Origin: a virus
Taxonomy: Duplodnaviria > Caudoviricetes
Strand: one strand, 5' to 3'
IMG/VR virus record: IMGVR_UViG_3300031938_000002
Coordinates: 6,449 to 70,448 of that record
DNA length: 64,000 nt
In this document: positions 45,445 to 55,344 of the stretch, in pieces
Layout: every line of letters begins with the position of its first letter
Position numbering within the stretch: position 1 is the first letter of the stretch
Program-made: the position numbers and the translations under genes
Notes under the pieces: generated by a model
What the model was told of the DNA's origin: nothing
Database searches by the model: none
Seen by the model: only the letters and a program-made list of their open reading frames with translations

Positions 45445-45488
45445 CAACGCTAGTTTGATAGCCGCCAACCGGGGTCGATGAGTCGGCC

Positions 45489-45917
45489 ATGGCAGACGCA
45501 TCACACTTCTACGGCAAGTTCGCAATGCATGCCTTCGACGGCTCCGCGGACCTGAACGCGGGAACCCTGGTGGCGCTGCTGCTCACCTCCGCGTACACGT
45601 TCGACCAGGACGCGCACGAGTACATCAGCAACCTGACCGGGGAACTCACCGACGCCTCCTACCACCGGGTGACGTTGTCGGGGGTCACGTTCGCCTACGA
45701 CGGCAGCACCAACACGGTGAAGTTCACTTGCACCCCGTTCACGTTCCCGCTGCTGAACGGGACGTGGCGCCACATCGTGTTCGCCATCTCCACCGGCACC
45801 GACTCCACCAGCCCCCTGGTCAAGTGCACCACCCACGACGTCGACAAGGTCAGCTCGGGCGCGGACGTGATGATTACGCCGCACATCAACGGGCTCGGCA
45901 CGGCCACGGCGGCCTGA
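45489..45917 (+). CDS. minor tail/virion structural protein (142 aa)
   Basis: First gene after TMP; beta-rich. Confidence 0.7.
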   Translation: MADASHFYGKFAMHAFDGSADLNAGTLVALLLTSAYTFDQDAHEYISNLTGELTDASYHRVTLSGVTFAYDGSTNTVKFTCTPFTFPLLNGTWRHIVFAISTGTDSTSPLVKCTTHDVDKVSSGADVMITPHINGLGTATAA

Positions 45918-45927
45918 GGAGTAGACG

Positions 45928-46326
45928 ATGAGCGCCACCTACACCGACGCGGAGCGCAACTTCCTGGCCGACCAGGAGGCAGCCCGCATCGCCGCCCTGT
46001 CGCTGCACACCGCCAGCCCTGGCGTCACCGGCGCCAGCGAGGCGACCGGCGGCTCGCCGGCATACGCCCGCAAGGCGGTCACGTTCAACGCGGCCGGCAC
46101 CGACGGCCCGTTGGGCGCCACCCGCCAGCCGGCCACCGTCGGCAAGGCGTGGAGCACCGAGGTCACGTTCGACCTGCCGGCCGGCACGTACACCGACGCC
46201 GGCTGCTGGTCCGCGCTCACGGCGGGCACGTTCCGCTGCTCCAACCTGCTGTCGGCCACCCAGACGCTGTCGGCGCAGGGCCAGGTCAAGGTGTCCATCG
46301 CTGTTGGCCCGGTCGCGGGAGGGTAG
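45928..46326 (+). CDS. minor tail/virion structural protein (132 aa)
   Basis: LSLHTASPG..EATGGSPAYARKAVTF pattern seen in phage tail proteins. Confidence 0.7.
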   Translation: MSATYTDAERNFLADQEAARIAALSLHTASPGVTGASEATGGSPAYARKAVTFNAAGTDGPLGATRQPATVGKAWSTEVTFDLPAGTYTDAGCWSALTAGTFRCSNLLSATQTLSAQGQVKVSIAVGPVAGG

Positions 46327-46328
46327 CC

Positions 46329-47330
46329 ATGGCGCTGCTGTTCATGGACGGCTTCGACGCCGGGGATTACGCGAGCAAGTACGCGTTCTCCGGCACCCCC
46401 TCCGTGGGAGCCGGACGGTTTGGTGGCAGCGGACTGACGCTAGGGAGCGTGAACTACGGCGTCAAGAAGGCCATTGCTCCGTCCGCGCAGTTGTTCTGCG
46501 GCTTCGCCCTCACGACCAGTCAAACCTCTGCCGTGGCAACCAATGCCTCCACCGTCCTCATGCTGTGGGGGGACAACGGGACGATCGAGCACCTGCGCGT
46601 CGGCTCCGGTGGCGGGCAGGTTTGGCTCGGTCGCGCGGGCACCACGCTGGTGACCGTCGCCAACCCCTACGGGGAGACGGCGAACAACTGGCAGTACTGG
46701 GAGGTGTCGGCCACCGTCGCCGACAGCGGCGGCACCTGCGTGATCCGGATCAACGGCACCGAGGTCATCAACTTCACCGGCGATACCCGCAACGCTGGCA
46801 CCAGCACGAACATCGACGCGGTGCAGTTGTGGCGCGGGACTTCGACTACCCAGACGACGTTCGACGATGTCTACATCTGCGACGCCACCGGGACCACCAA
46901 CAACACCTTCCTGGGGGACGTGCGGGTGCAGACCCTGACCCCCAGCGCGGCTGGCTCCTCCACCCAGTGGGCGCCCACGGGGTCGGCAAGCAACTGGGAC
47001 AACGTCAACGAGCTGCCCGTCTCCACCACGGACTACAACTCCAGCGCCACCTCCGGCCAGCGCGACCTGTACGCCCTGACCGACCTGCTGGCGGGCACCG
47101 CACAGGTGCTCGGGGTGCAGAACAACGTGGTGGCGCGCAAGACCGACGCTGGTGCCCGCAGTGTGCGCACGGTGTCCAAGTCCGGGGCCACGGTCGCCAC
47201 CGGGACCGCCGTCACGCTGGGTGCCGCCGACACCACGGTGAGCACCCTGCGGACCACCGACCCGGCCACCTCCGCAGCCTGGACCGTCTCCGGGGTCAAC
47301 GCCCTTGAGGCAGGCGTCGAGGTCGTCTGA
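46329..47330 (+). CDS. minor tail protein, ConA/lectin-like (333 aa)
   Basis: LLFMDGFD start; WQYWEV, FDDVYI, FLGDVRVQTL. Confidence 0.7.
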   Translation: MALLFMDGFDAGDYASKYAFSGTPSVGAGRFGGSGLTLGSVNYGVKKAIAPSAQLFCGFALTTSQTSAVATNASTVLMLWGDNGTIEHLRVGSGGGQVWLGRAGTTLVTVANPYGETANNWQYWEVSATVADSGGTCVIRINGTEVINFTGDTRNAGTSTNIDAVQLWRGTSTTQTTFDDVYICDATGTTNNTFLGDVRVQTLTPSAAGSSTQWAPTGSASNWDNVNELPVSTTDYNSSATSGQRDLYALTDLLAGTAQVLGVQNNVVARKTDAGARSVRTVSKSGATVATGTAVTLGAADTTVSTLRTTDPATSAAWTVSGVNALEAGVEVV

Positions 47331-50300
47331 TGGCCACCATTGTTGAGACGGTTTCCACCGTTCTCAACCCCGCTGCCACAGGCGCGAACAACACCGGACT
47401 CTCCTTCGCGAGCACCCCCGCTGCGGGGGACACCGTCATCGTCGCGGTCACCTACACCGGCAACGCTCAGCCGTCGTCCCTGTCTGGCCTTGGCGCCACA
47501 TGGACGCTCCGCGAAAAGCGGAACCTCATCGCCAGCATGGGCACCAGCATCTTCACCGGAGCCGGAGCAACCACTTCGGGTCCACTCACGGTGACGATGA
47601 ACCTGAGCGGGTCGAGCGTCCAAGTCCAGATGTTCTTGGTTCGCGGACTCCCGAGCGGTTACGTCATCACCGACACCGGGTACGCCACCGTCGGTACTAC
47701 CACCGGCACCACCAAGTCGCTGACCTTGGCTGCAGGCACATCCAGCGGCATCGCCATTGGCGTCGGCCAGCAGCAGGGCGGCGCCGCGCCTACCGCGCCC
47801 ACATGGCCCTCTGCAGACTCCACCGCCGGATGGACAACCAACGGGCCGCTCACCATCGGCAACACCAACTGGGTGGGGCTGGCTTGGCGGGAACTCACCG
47901 CCCCGTCGGTTCTCACGCTGGGCATCACCAAGAACGACGGCAACTATCTCGATGAGATGATGCTCGTCTTCGGTGACCCCGTGGGCGCCATCTCCGAGGG
48001 CCAGTACGTCGAGGCGCTCACCGTCGGCACCCCGGCGGCGGCGGTCGAGGGCCAGTACGTCGAGGCTCTGACAACCAGCACCCCTGCTGCCGTGGCGGAG
48101 GGCCAGTACGTCGAGGTACTGTCTCCCTCGCAGCTAGTCAGCACCTACCGCGACATGGTGTTGGCCGACAACCCATTGGCCTACTGGCGACTCGGGGACA
48201 AGGCCTCCATCGTCGCCACCTCGGCGTCGTCTGCGTTCTCAAGCGAACCCGTGGCCAACGCCTTCGATGGAAGCTCCAGCACCTACTGGACCACCAACGG
48301 TGTCGCAACTGGGTGGCTGATGGTGCAGCTATCCGCACCGACGGCGCTCACCAACTATCGAATCCAGCGTCGCGACGACGGATTCTCCTCTCGCAACCCC
48401 AAGAACTGGACCTGGGAGGGGTCAACCGACGGCGTGGCGTGGACCGTGCTGGACACCCGCGTTGGCGTCACCTGGCCCATCGCTGGCGAGACCAAGAGCT
48501 TCACCTACGTCAACACCACGGCATACAGCTACTACCGGATCAACATCACGGCGAACAACGGCGACGCGAGCTACACCTCCATCGCCGGGCTGATTACCAA
48601 CCAGGTCGCGGACTCCAGCCGCAACGGACGTGACGCACGCGGCGTCGGGACACTGACCTTCAACAGCTCGGGGCTGTTGGCCAACGATCCTGACAAGGCG
48701 GTCTCGCTCGCTGGGACCGGCTGGATTCAGGAGTCGAGTGGGACCGTAGCCACGCCTACCAACATCACGTTGGAGGCGGTGATCAAGCCGACGAACCTGT
48801 CGACCTACAACATGATCCTCGACCAGGACGACGAAGTTTCGAACCGCGTCTACCAGTTCAGGGTCGACCCCAGCGGCGCAGTCACCTTCATCGTCTTCGC
48901 CGCGACCGGCACACCCGCGCCTTCGGTCACCGTCTCTACCGCCGTCGGCACGGTCGTCGTCAACGGCACCTACCACGTAGCTGCGACCTACGACGGTGCC
49001 ACGGCCAAGGTCTACGTCAACGGTGCCTTGGCGGCCTCTGGCAGCCTGGCTGGACCGATTGTCACGACCACCACCTTGCGGCCCAGCATCGGCGCGCACA
49101 AGAACGGCGAGTTCTACAAGTTCAACGGGACCATCGACGAACCCGCGTACTACGGCACGGCGCTGTCTTCGGCTCGGATCAACGCCCACTACTTGGCCAT
49201 GATCGGTGGTGGGGTCCCCACCGCTACGACCACCTACCGCGACACGGTCCTGTTCGACGTACCCCTGGCCTACTGGCGGCTGGACGAGACGACCGGCACC
49301 GCCATCGCGGACAGCAGCGGCAACGGGTCGAATGGCCAGACAAGCGCCGGGGCCATCGATGTCCACGGCACCTCCAAGCCCGGCCTGTTGGTGGGCGACA
49401 CCGACACTGCCTTCTGGCCCGGCTACCTGGGTGGCGGTAGCAACGGGACCAACGGCGACAGCATCTCCGTGACAGCCAGCGGCAAGCCACTGGACACCGG
49501 CGGTGGCCAGAATCTCGCCATCGAGCTGCTGGTGAAGTTCGACAGCGCCACCACCACGACGAACCAGGCGGACTGGCACTACTTCATCGAGCAGGCCAAC
49601 TCCAAGTTCTACTTCTTCTGGGGCAACCTGGGCACCGGCACGGCGCTGATCTTCGGGTACAACGACGGCAGCTTCCACGACCACCAGATGCCGTGGTCGC
49701 CGACCGCTGGGGTCACCTACCACCTGGCGGTGATCAAGACCTCCGCGTTCGTCACCTTCTACGTCAACGGCTCGTCCCTCGGGTCGGTGGCCTCGGCGGG
49801 CTCGGTGCCCACCACATCCGCCTCGACCCGGCTGTTCGCCCGGTATGCCGCCCCGCAGTACGGCTATGCCAGAGCAGTCGTGGATGAGATGGCGGTCTAC
49901 CCGTCGCTGAGCACCTCCCGGTTGTCCGCGCACTACCTGGCAGCTGCCACCAGCACCACCCTTCCGTCGGACAACTTCAACATGCCCGTCTCCATTGGCC
50001 TGGGCGTCACCGCAACGGCCGTTGTGGTCCCCACGGTCACTGCAAGCATGCCCATCACGGTGGGCCTCGGGGTCACGGCGACACGCGTGGTGCCGGTGCC
50101 GACGACGACGACGACCGTCCCGATCACCGCCGCCCTGGCGGTCGACTCGATCCGCCAGCAGGGCCAGACCGCGCTGACCAGCCCGGTCCCAGCCGGCTCC
50201 TACGACCCTCTGGCGTCAACGCCCGTTTCCTGGCGCATCGTCAACGGGGGCGGGTTGACGTTCGACACGTCCGCCGACTTCGTCGTGGAGCGCGTGGACA

Positions 50301-52342
50301 CGGGCCAGGTGGTGGTCGCGGACAGCCGCGCCGTCGCGGTGATGCCGCAGCCTGCGCCGCTGTACACGTCCAACTTCACCACCAGCGCTGACGGCTGGAC
50401 CACCGTGCCGACCATGTCGAAGGGCATCATCGCCTGGGCGACGCCGTCAGGTAACTCCGCAGAGTTCAAGACCTACAGCGGCGCCGCTGGGTTCGAGCAC
50501 ACGGTGACAGGTCTGGTGGCAGGTACCCGCTACCTGTTCCGGGTGGTCACCGAGCCGCAGTACGGCGACATCACCGCGACCGCCATGCAGGCGGGGGTTT
50601 CCACGGGACCTCTGCGCGGCACCGCGGCCAAGCAGGTCGACGTCGAGTTCACTGCCGTGTCCACCACGGAGACGCTGCGCCTGACGTTGCAGTCGTCTCC
50701 CGGCTCATTCCTGGCCGCCGACTACTACATCAAGTCCGTCACCGTGCAGCAGGTGACCGGGGACCCGGGCTTCTACTGGGTGATCCCCAACAACCTGGCC
50801 GGCGTCGCCGTGCGGCTGAAGGTGCGTTCCTACGCCACCGGCAACAGTGCGGTGACGGCCTGGTCGGACTGGGTCACGATCACCCCGAACCGCCGCATGG
50901 GCGTGGACGTGCCGCTGACAGTGGGCCTGAGGCCCCTGGCCTCCCTGGGCGACACGGCCGCAACGTTGGAGCTGACCGGGTACCCGGAGACCCCGCTCAT
51001 CCCCACCCGGTTGACCGACACCACGGCGACCATGACGCTGGCCGCCTACCCGGGCGCGGTGGCGTTCTTCCCGTTCATCCCGGACACCGGCGCCGACCTG
51101 GACGTGGCGGCATACCCGGAGTCTGTGACGGTGGCGAACCTCGCCCTGACGGACACCGCGGCAACGCTCGTTCTCACCGCCTACATCGAGCCCGACCAGC
51201 TCACCGACACCACGGCACCCCTCACCCTCACCGCCTACCCCGAGGGCGCGCTCTACACCCAGGGCACCCTGGCTCACCCGTTCGTGGAACCGGACGCCGG
51301 GTCCCTGCCCCTGGACTTCGCCTTCGCCAGCAACATCGACACCGACCCGCCCGCCATCGACGGCGACGACACCACCCCGGACTACTGGATCACGTTCGTG
51401 TCGACCGTCGGTGGCACCTTCACCGCGTCCACGGACGTCACCGGCATGGGCATCGAGCTGTACTCCGGCCCGGACGCGGCGACCCCCGACGACCTGGTCC
51501 TGGTGGGCGCGGATGTCGGCACCGTCAGCGGCACCACCTCCGAGGGCGTCCAGTACTACCTGCGCGTCCACCCGATGACCACCTCCGACCCGATCCAGAC
51601 GGTCCTGTCCTGGAGCCAGGTCGCCCGCATCGAGGACCTGCAGGTGCAGGCCGACCTCACGGTCCCCAGCACCCCATTCTGGTTGACTGTGGTGGTGGCC
51701 AGCGCCGGCCGTGGCGTCGACCTGGACTTCTCCATCGACGGCGGCGACCCGCTGATGACGATCACCACCGACGACAGTGGGCTGGCGCTGAAAACGTCCG
51801 TCCCGCTGGAGGCCTTGTCCGCCGGCACCCACACCGTCACCGTGGTCGACACCAGCACGGGCGCCACCGGGACGGCCAGCTTCGAGGTGCTCACGGACCC
51901 CGAGCCCGCCCCGGACGCCATCCCGCCCAGCGTGCAGCCGGACGTGCCGGAGGTGGCCCGCTGGCAGGTGCAGGACCCCTCGCGCGGCACCAAGTACACG
52001 TTCCCGATCAACCCGGCCCGCATGTCCAGCCCCCACTCCGCCCGGGTGTTCAGCACCGAGCACAGCACCAGCCCCGTGGGGCAGCCCATCACGTTCGAGG
52101 GTGAGCCGGTGGCGGTCGAGTGGACGGTGGAGGGCTCCTGTCTGACCCAGGAGTTCTACGACACGCTGGAGGCCTACCAGGCCTTGGAGTGTCGCATCTT
52201 CGTGGTCGATCACCTGGGCCGTGCGTGGACGGTGACGTTCGAGTCGTTGGAGTGGACCCAGGTCCGCGACGCCCGCTACGAGTGGGCGCACACCTACCGG
52301 GCCAAGTTCCTGGTGTTCGACGGGCCGGTCCACCTGCAGTGA
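47330..52342 (+). CDS. giant adhesin/baseplate protein (1670 aa): LamG-like x2, F5/8 discoidin, CBM/Ig-like domains, C-terminal Dit-like domain
   Basis: AYWRLGD/AYWRLDE LamG starts; AFDGSSSTYW..PKNWTWEGSTDG..YSYYRINIT discoidin; C-terminus similar to the next gene. Confidence 0.8.
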   Translation: MATIVETVSTVLNPAATGANNTGLSFASTPAAGDTVIVAVTYTGNAQPSSLSGLGATWTLREKRNLIASMGTSIFTGAGATTSGPLTVTMNLSGSSVQVQMFLVRGLPSGYVITDTGYATVGTTTGTTKSLTLAAGTSSGIAIGVGQQQGGAAPTAPTWPSADSTAGWTTNGPLTIGNTNWVGLAWRELTAPSVLTLGITKNDGNYLDEMMLVFGDPVGAISEGQYVEALTVGTPAAAVEGQYVEALTTSTPAAVAEGQYVEVLSPSQLVSTYRDMVLADNPLAYWRLGDKASIVATSASSAFSSEPVANAFDGSSSTYWTTNGVATGWLMVQLSAPTALTNYRIQRRDDGFSSRNPKNWTWEGSTDGVAWTVLDTRVGVTWPIAGETKSFTYVNTTAYSYYRINITANNGDASYTSIAGLITNQVADSSRNGRDARGVGTLTFNSSGLLANDPDKAVSLAGTGWIQESSGTVATPTNITLEAVIKPTNLSTYNMILDQDDEVSNRVYQFRVDPSGAVTFIVFAATGTPAPSVTVSTAVGTVVVNGTYHVAATYDGATAKVYVNGALAASGSLAGPIVTTTTLRPSIGAHKNGEFYKFNGTIDEPAYYGTALSSARINAHYLAMIGGGVPTATTTYRDTVLFDVPLAYWRLDETTGTAIADSSGNGSNGQTSAGAIDVHGTSKPGLLVGDTDTAFWPGYLGGGSNGTNGDSISVTASGKPLDTGGGQNLAIELLVKFDSATTTTNQADWHYFIEQANSKFYFFWGNLGTGTALIFGYNDGSFHDHQMPWSPTAGVTYHLAVIKTSAFVTFYVNGSSLGSVASAGSVPTTSASTRLFARYAAPQYGYARAVVDEMAVYPSLSTSRLSAHYLAAATSTTLPSDNFNMPVSIGLGVTATAVVVPTVTASMPITVGLGVTATRVVPVPTTTTTVPITAALAVDSIRQQGQTALTSPVPAGSYDPLASTPVSWRIVNGGGLTFDTSADFVVERVDTGQVVVADSRAVAVMPQPAPLYTSNFTTSADGWTTVPTMSKGIIAWATPSGNSAEFKTYSGAAGFEHTVTGLVAGTRYLFRVVTEPQYGDITATAMQAGVSTGPLRGTAAKQVDVEFTAVSTTETLRLTLQSSPGSFLAADYYIKSVTVQQVTGDPGFYWVIPNNLAGVAVRLKVRSYATGNSAVTAWSDWVTITPNRRMGVDVPLTVGLRPLASLGDTAATLELTGYPETPLIPTRLTDTTATMTLAAYPGAVAFFPFIPDTGADLDVAAYPESVTVANLALTDTAATLVLTAYIEPDQLTDTTAPLTLTAYPEGALYTQGTLAHPFVEPDAGSLPLDFAFASNIDTDPPAIDGDDTTPDYWITFVSTVGGTFTASTDVTGMGIELYSGPDAATPDDLVLVGADVGTVSGTTSEGVQYYLRVHPMTTSDPIQTVLSWSQVARIEDLQVQADLTVPSTPFWLTVVVASAGRGVDLDFSIDGGDPLMTITTDDSGLALKTSVPLEALSAGTHTVTVVDTSTGATGTASFEVLTDPEPAPDAIPPSVQPDVPEVARWQVQDPSRGTKYTFPINPARMSSPHSARVFSTEHSTSPVGQPITFEGEPVAVEWTVEGSCLTQEFYDTLEAYQALECRIFVVDHLGRAWTVTFESLEWTQVRDARYEWAHTYRAKFLVFDGPVHLQ

Positions 52343-52376
52343 CGGTTTCGGTCCTCCGCGGACCGAAGGCCACGGC

Positions 52377-52760
52377 ATGCAGCGCTGGACTTTCCACGAC
52401 CCCGTCGCCGGGGACACGTTGCGGTTGCGGGCCAACCCGCGCCGGATGGCAACGCCCGTTGTGCCGCACCGCACCACTTCCGCGCCGCGGTCCGTCAACG
52501 GCAAGATGCGCGCCCTGCGCGCCCCCTCCATGCCGCAGCAGTGGAGCTTCGAGGGCCGCCTGCGCCGCCAGGAGGAGTACGACGACCTGCTGGGCTGGGC
52601 GGGACGACCCAACCGGATCACCATCACCGATCACCTGGGCCGCCAGCACTCGGTGATCCCGGTGGCGTTCGAGCCGACCGCGGTGGAGAAGTCCGGCGTC
52701 GGCAACGGGTGGCTGTTCGACTACGTGTTCAAGGCCCTGTACCTGAGCAGGCTTGTGTGA
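52377..52760 (+). CDS. distal tail (Dit)-like protein (127 aa)
   Basis: RWTFHDP..NP.RM..WSFEG..ITITDHLGR, homologous to the C-terminus of the upstream gene. Confidence 0.65.
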   Translation: MQRWTFHDPVAGDTLRLRANPRRMATPVVPHRTTSAPRSVNGKMRALRAPSMPQQWSFEGRLRRQEEYDDLLGWAGRPNRITITDHLGRQHSVIPVAFEPTAVEKSGVGNGWLFDYVFKALYLSRLV

Positions 52761-54856
52761 GAACCACGTCAGCGCAGACCCAGGCTGTCTGGCAGAGCGG
52801 CGACTTCGTCGGCGGCAACCGGCCCATCGTGCGCGCCACCATCCAGCGCCTGTCCCTGTACAAGCGCTCCTTCGGCTCGCAGGTGTACACCTCCGTCCCG
52901 TTCGCGCAGAAGTCGAAGCCGTTGGAGCTGCCCAACATCAAGAGCGTCAAGTGGTCCCGTTCGGTCGATGGGGGAGTGGCCACCTGCACCCTGACCCTGT
53001 ACAACACCGAGCCGCTGCCGCTGGGCGCCTCCCCGGCCGCCGACCTGGACCGCCCCGGCTACTTCACCTACCAGCGCGGCAAGGCGTTCTACAGCCCCCG
53101 CTGGCACCACACCAAGACCGGCTGGCAGGACTGGATCGTCCCCGACCGGATCATCCGCACCTTCGAGGGCTACGGGTTCGACCCGGACGTGCCCCCCGAG
53201 CTGGACACCCACCTGTACCAGTCGGGCACCTGGCTCATTGACGACGTCGAGCTGGACCACGAGGGCTACATCACCATCGAGTGCCGCGACATCGGCCGGG
53301 TGCTGCTGGACCAGATCATGCTGCCCCCGGTGGTGCCGACCGCGTCCTACCCGCTGTACTTCGACACCTACCAGCAGGTGAACAACCCGGACATCGTCAC
53401 CACGACCGGCACCGGCTGGCACAAGCCCGCCTACGACACCAGCTCCAACGCCCCCTACATCGGGGTGGGCGGGGCGGTGCAAGGGCACGTCGGCACCGAC
53501 GCGTTCGACTCCAGCACCTCCTCGTACTGGCTGTCCATCGGCAACGCCGCCCCCGACGCCGGCTACTCCTTCGAGTACATCCAGGGCAAGTTCGCCAGCC
53601 AGAGCCTGTCCGCGGTGCGGGTGCGCACCTGGGGTGGGCCGTACCGGGCCTACATCAGCGTGTATGCCGGCGGGAAGTGGCAGGGCAAGCGCACGGTGCC
53701 CTACGACCCGAACAACCCGGTGTCCGCCCCCAACGGCGCCAACATCCCGTACGTGTACGCGTTCGACGCGGACCGTGAATCGTCCACGTCCTACTCGCTG
53801 CCCAAGCCCATCGAGGGCGCCACCAAGGTACGGGTGTCGTTCACCAACCTCACCAACTCCGGCATCGGCCCCTACAAGTACCGGGCCGGGGTGCGCACCC
53901 TGGAAATCTCCAGCCAGACCACCACCACCAAGGACGGCGGCACCCACACCGAGCCCAAGACCAGCCCGCCCGGCTACGGCGACTTCACCGACATCGTCAA
54001 GATTCTGTTGGCGTACGGCGGGTTCTTCTGGCCGTCCGACGCTGCCGCGTTCATCAAGCTCTCCGACGGAACGCTCGTTACCACCCCGGCCGCCACGAAC
54101 GACCCGGCGCTGCGTGGCGGCCGGGTGTGGGGCGACTTCGAGCAGACCGGCACCGCCGGGGTCGCGCCGCTAGGGGTGGACGTGTGGGACAAGAAGCCGC
54201 TCATGGACGGCATCAACTACGTGCGAGACATGGTCGGCTTCATCTTCTACGTTGACGAGCTGGGCGGGGCGGTATTCCGGTCCCCGAACATCTGGTCGGT
54301 CGGCAACTACATCGGCCTGGGGGCCGCCGAGGCCGGGCGGACAACGGACTTTGTCATCATTGACGAGACCCAGACCCTGATGGGCCTGGGTGCCAAGCTG
54401 TCGTCCCGCTCGATCCGGGAACGCATCTTCGTGGGCAACCTCGCCGGCCAGGTCGCGGGCATGTCCGCCGGTCACAACCCCTACCCGTCCGGGCTGCGCC
54501 GCGTCGGCGGCTGGACCGACCAGTCCTTCAAGACGGCCAAGGAGTGCAAGATCATGGCCGACCTGATCGGCCTGCGCCAACTGTTCACCTACCGCACCGA
54601 CAAGGTGAAGATTCCCGGCAACCCGGCCATCCAGATTGACGACCAGGTCAAGATCTTCGAGCGGATCACCGAGGAGGGGTACCTGCACTACGTGGAGTCC
54701 ATCTCCATGGAGTGGAACGCCGAGGACGGCCGGTACACCTACGACCTGGGCACCCACTGGCTGGGGGCGACACCGTTCAGCGACTGGACGTTCGACCCGG
54801 CCACCCTCAGCGCGGAGACGGTGGCGTACCTGAAGGCTCTCGGGAAGGTGCCCTGA
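52757..54856 (+). CDS. baseplate hub (Tal-like) protein with discoidin-like insert
   Basis: VKWSRSVDG..CTLTLYN, GTWLIDDV, IECRD, GNPAIQIDDQV; follows the Dit-like gene. Confidence 0.7.
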   Translation: MRTTSAQTQAVWQSGDFVGGNRPIVRATIQRLSLYKRSFGSQVYTSVPFAQKSKPLELPNIKSVKWSRSVDGGVATCTLTLYNTEPLPLGASPAADLDRPGYFTYQRGKAFYSPRWHHTKTGWQDWIVPDRIIRTFEGYGFDPDVPPELDTHLYQSGTWLIDDVELDHEGYITIECRDIGRVLLDQIMLPPVVPTASYPLYFDTYQQVNNPDIVTTTGTGWHKPAYDTSSNAPYIGVGGAVQGHVGTDAFDSSTSSYWLSIGNAAPDAGYSFEYIQGKFASQSLSAVRVRTWGGPYRAYISVYAGGKWQGKRTVPYDPNNPVSAPNGANIPYVYAFDADRESSTSYSLPKPIEGATKVRVSFTNLTNSGIGPYKYRAGVRTLEISSQTTTTKDGGTHTEPKTSPPGYGDFTDIVKILLAYGGFFWPSDAAAFIKLSDGTLVTTPAATNDPALRGGRVWGDFEQTGTAGVAPLGVDVWDKKPLMDGINYVRDMVGFIFYVDELGGAVFRSPNIWSVGNYIGLGAAEAGRTTDFVIIDETQTLMGLGAKLSSRSIRERIFVGNLAGQVAGMSAGHNPYPSGLRRVGGWTDQSFKTAKECKIMADLIGLRQLFTYRTDKVKIPGNPAIQIDDQVKIFERITEEGYLHYVESISMEWNAEDGRYTYDLGTHWLGATPFSDWTFDPATLSAETVAYLKALGKVP

Positions 54857-55344
54857 TGCCAGTCGATCCCGGCTTCCATGCCTTGGAGCAGCGTCGCGGG
54901 ATGCTGGAGGCCACCCGCGAGAACAGCGCCCGCTACGCCTCCGCGTACGTGTCGTTCAGCACCACCGGGTGGGGGGAGTTCCTGGCACCGGACGTGCAGT
55001 ACTTCACCACCACGTTCGTCAAGCGTCCCAGCGTCGCCCACGCCATCAGCATCGACGGCGACACCCTCGTGGACGGGCGTTTCCCTCGGGTCACCGCGGG
55101 GGTGCACAAGTGGCTGACCAACGAGCAGGGCTTCTACACCGGCGCCTGGCTGTTCTTCGTGGTGGAAACGGTGGGGCTGCAGTCCCAGGGCCTGTACGTG
55201 ATGCCCACCGACAGTGACGGGCTGATCGGCACGGTCAACATGCCGGTCCCGATCCCGCCCGACCCGGACTACACGATCATCCACGACTTCACCTTCACCG
55301 GCGTGGCCATGAAGGCGATCCCCGCCCACCTGCTGGAGGACTGA
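54856..55344 (+). CDS. minor tail protein (162 aa)
   Basis: TGATG overlap within the tail-tip module. Confidence 0.65.
   Translation: MPVDPGFHALEQRRGMLEATRENSARYASAYVSFSTTGWGEFLAPDVQYFTTTFVKRPSVAHAISIDGDTLVDGRFPRVTAGVHKWLTNEQGFYTGAWLFFVVETVGLQSQGLYVMPTDSDGLIGTVNMPVPIPPDPDYTIIHDFTFTGVAMKAIPAHLLED

Noticed and set aside
43039-50013. 7-kb gap without perfect palindromes over the TMP end and adhesin
   Set aside because: With 49 sites in 64 kb, a gap this long somewhere has roughly a 1-in-4 chance under random placement, and near-matches are present. Not reported as significant.
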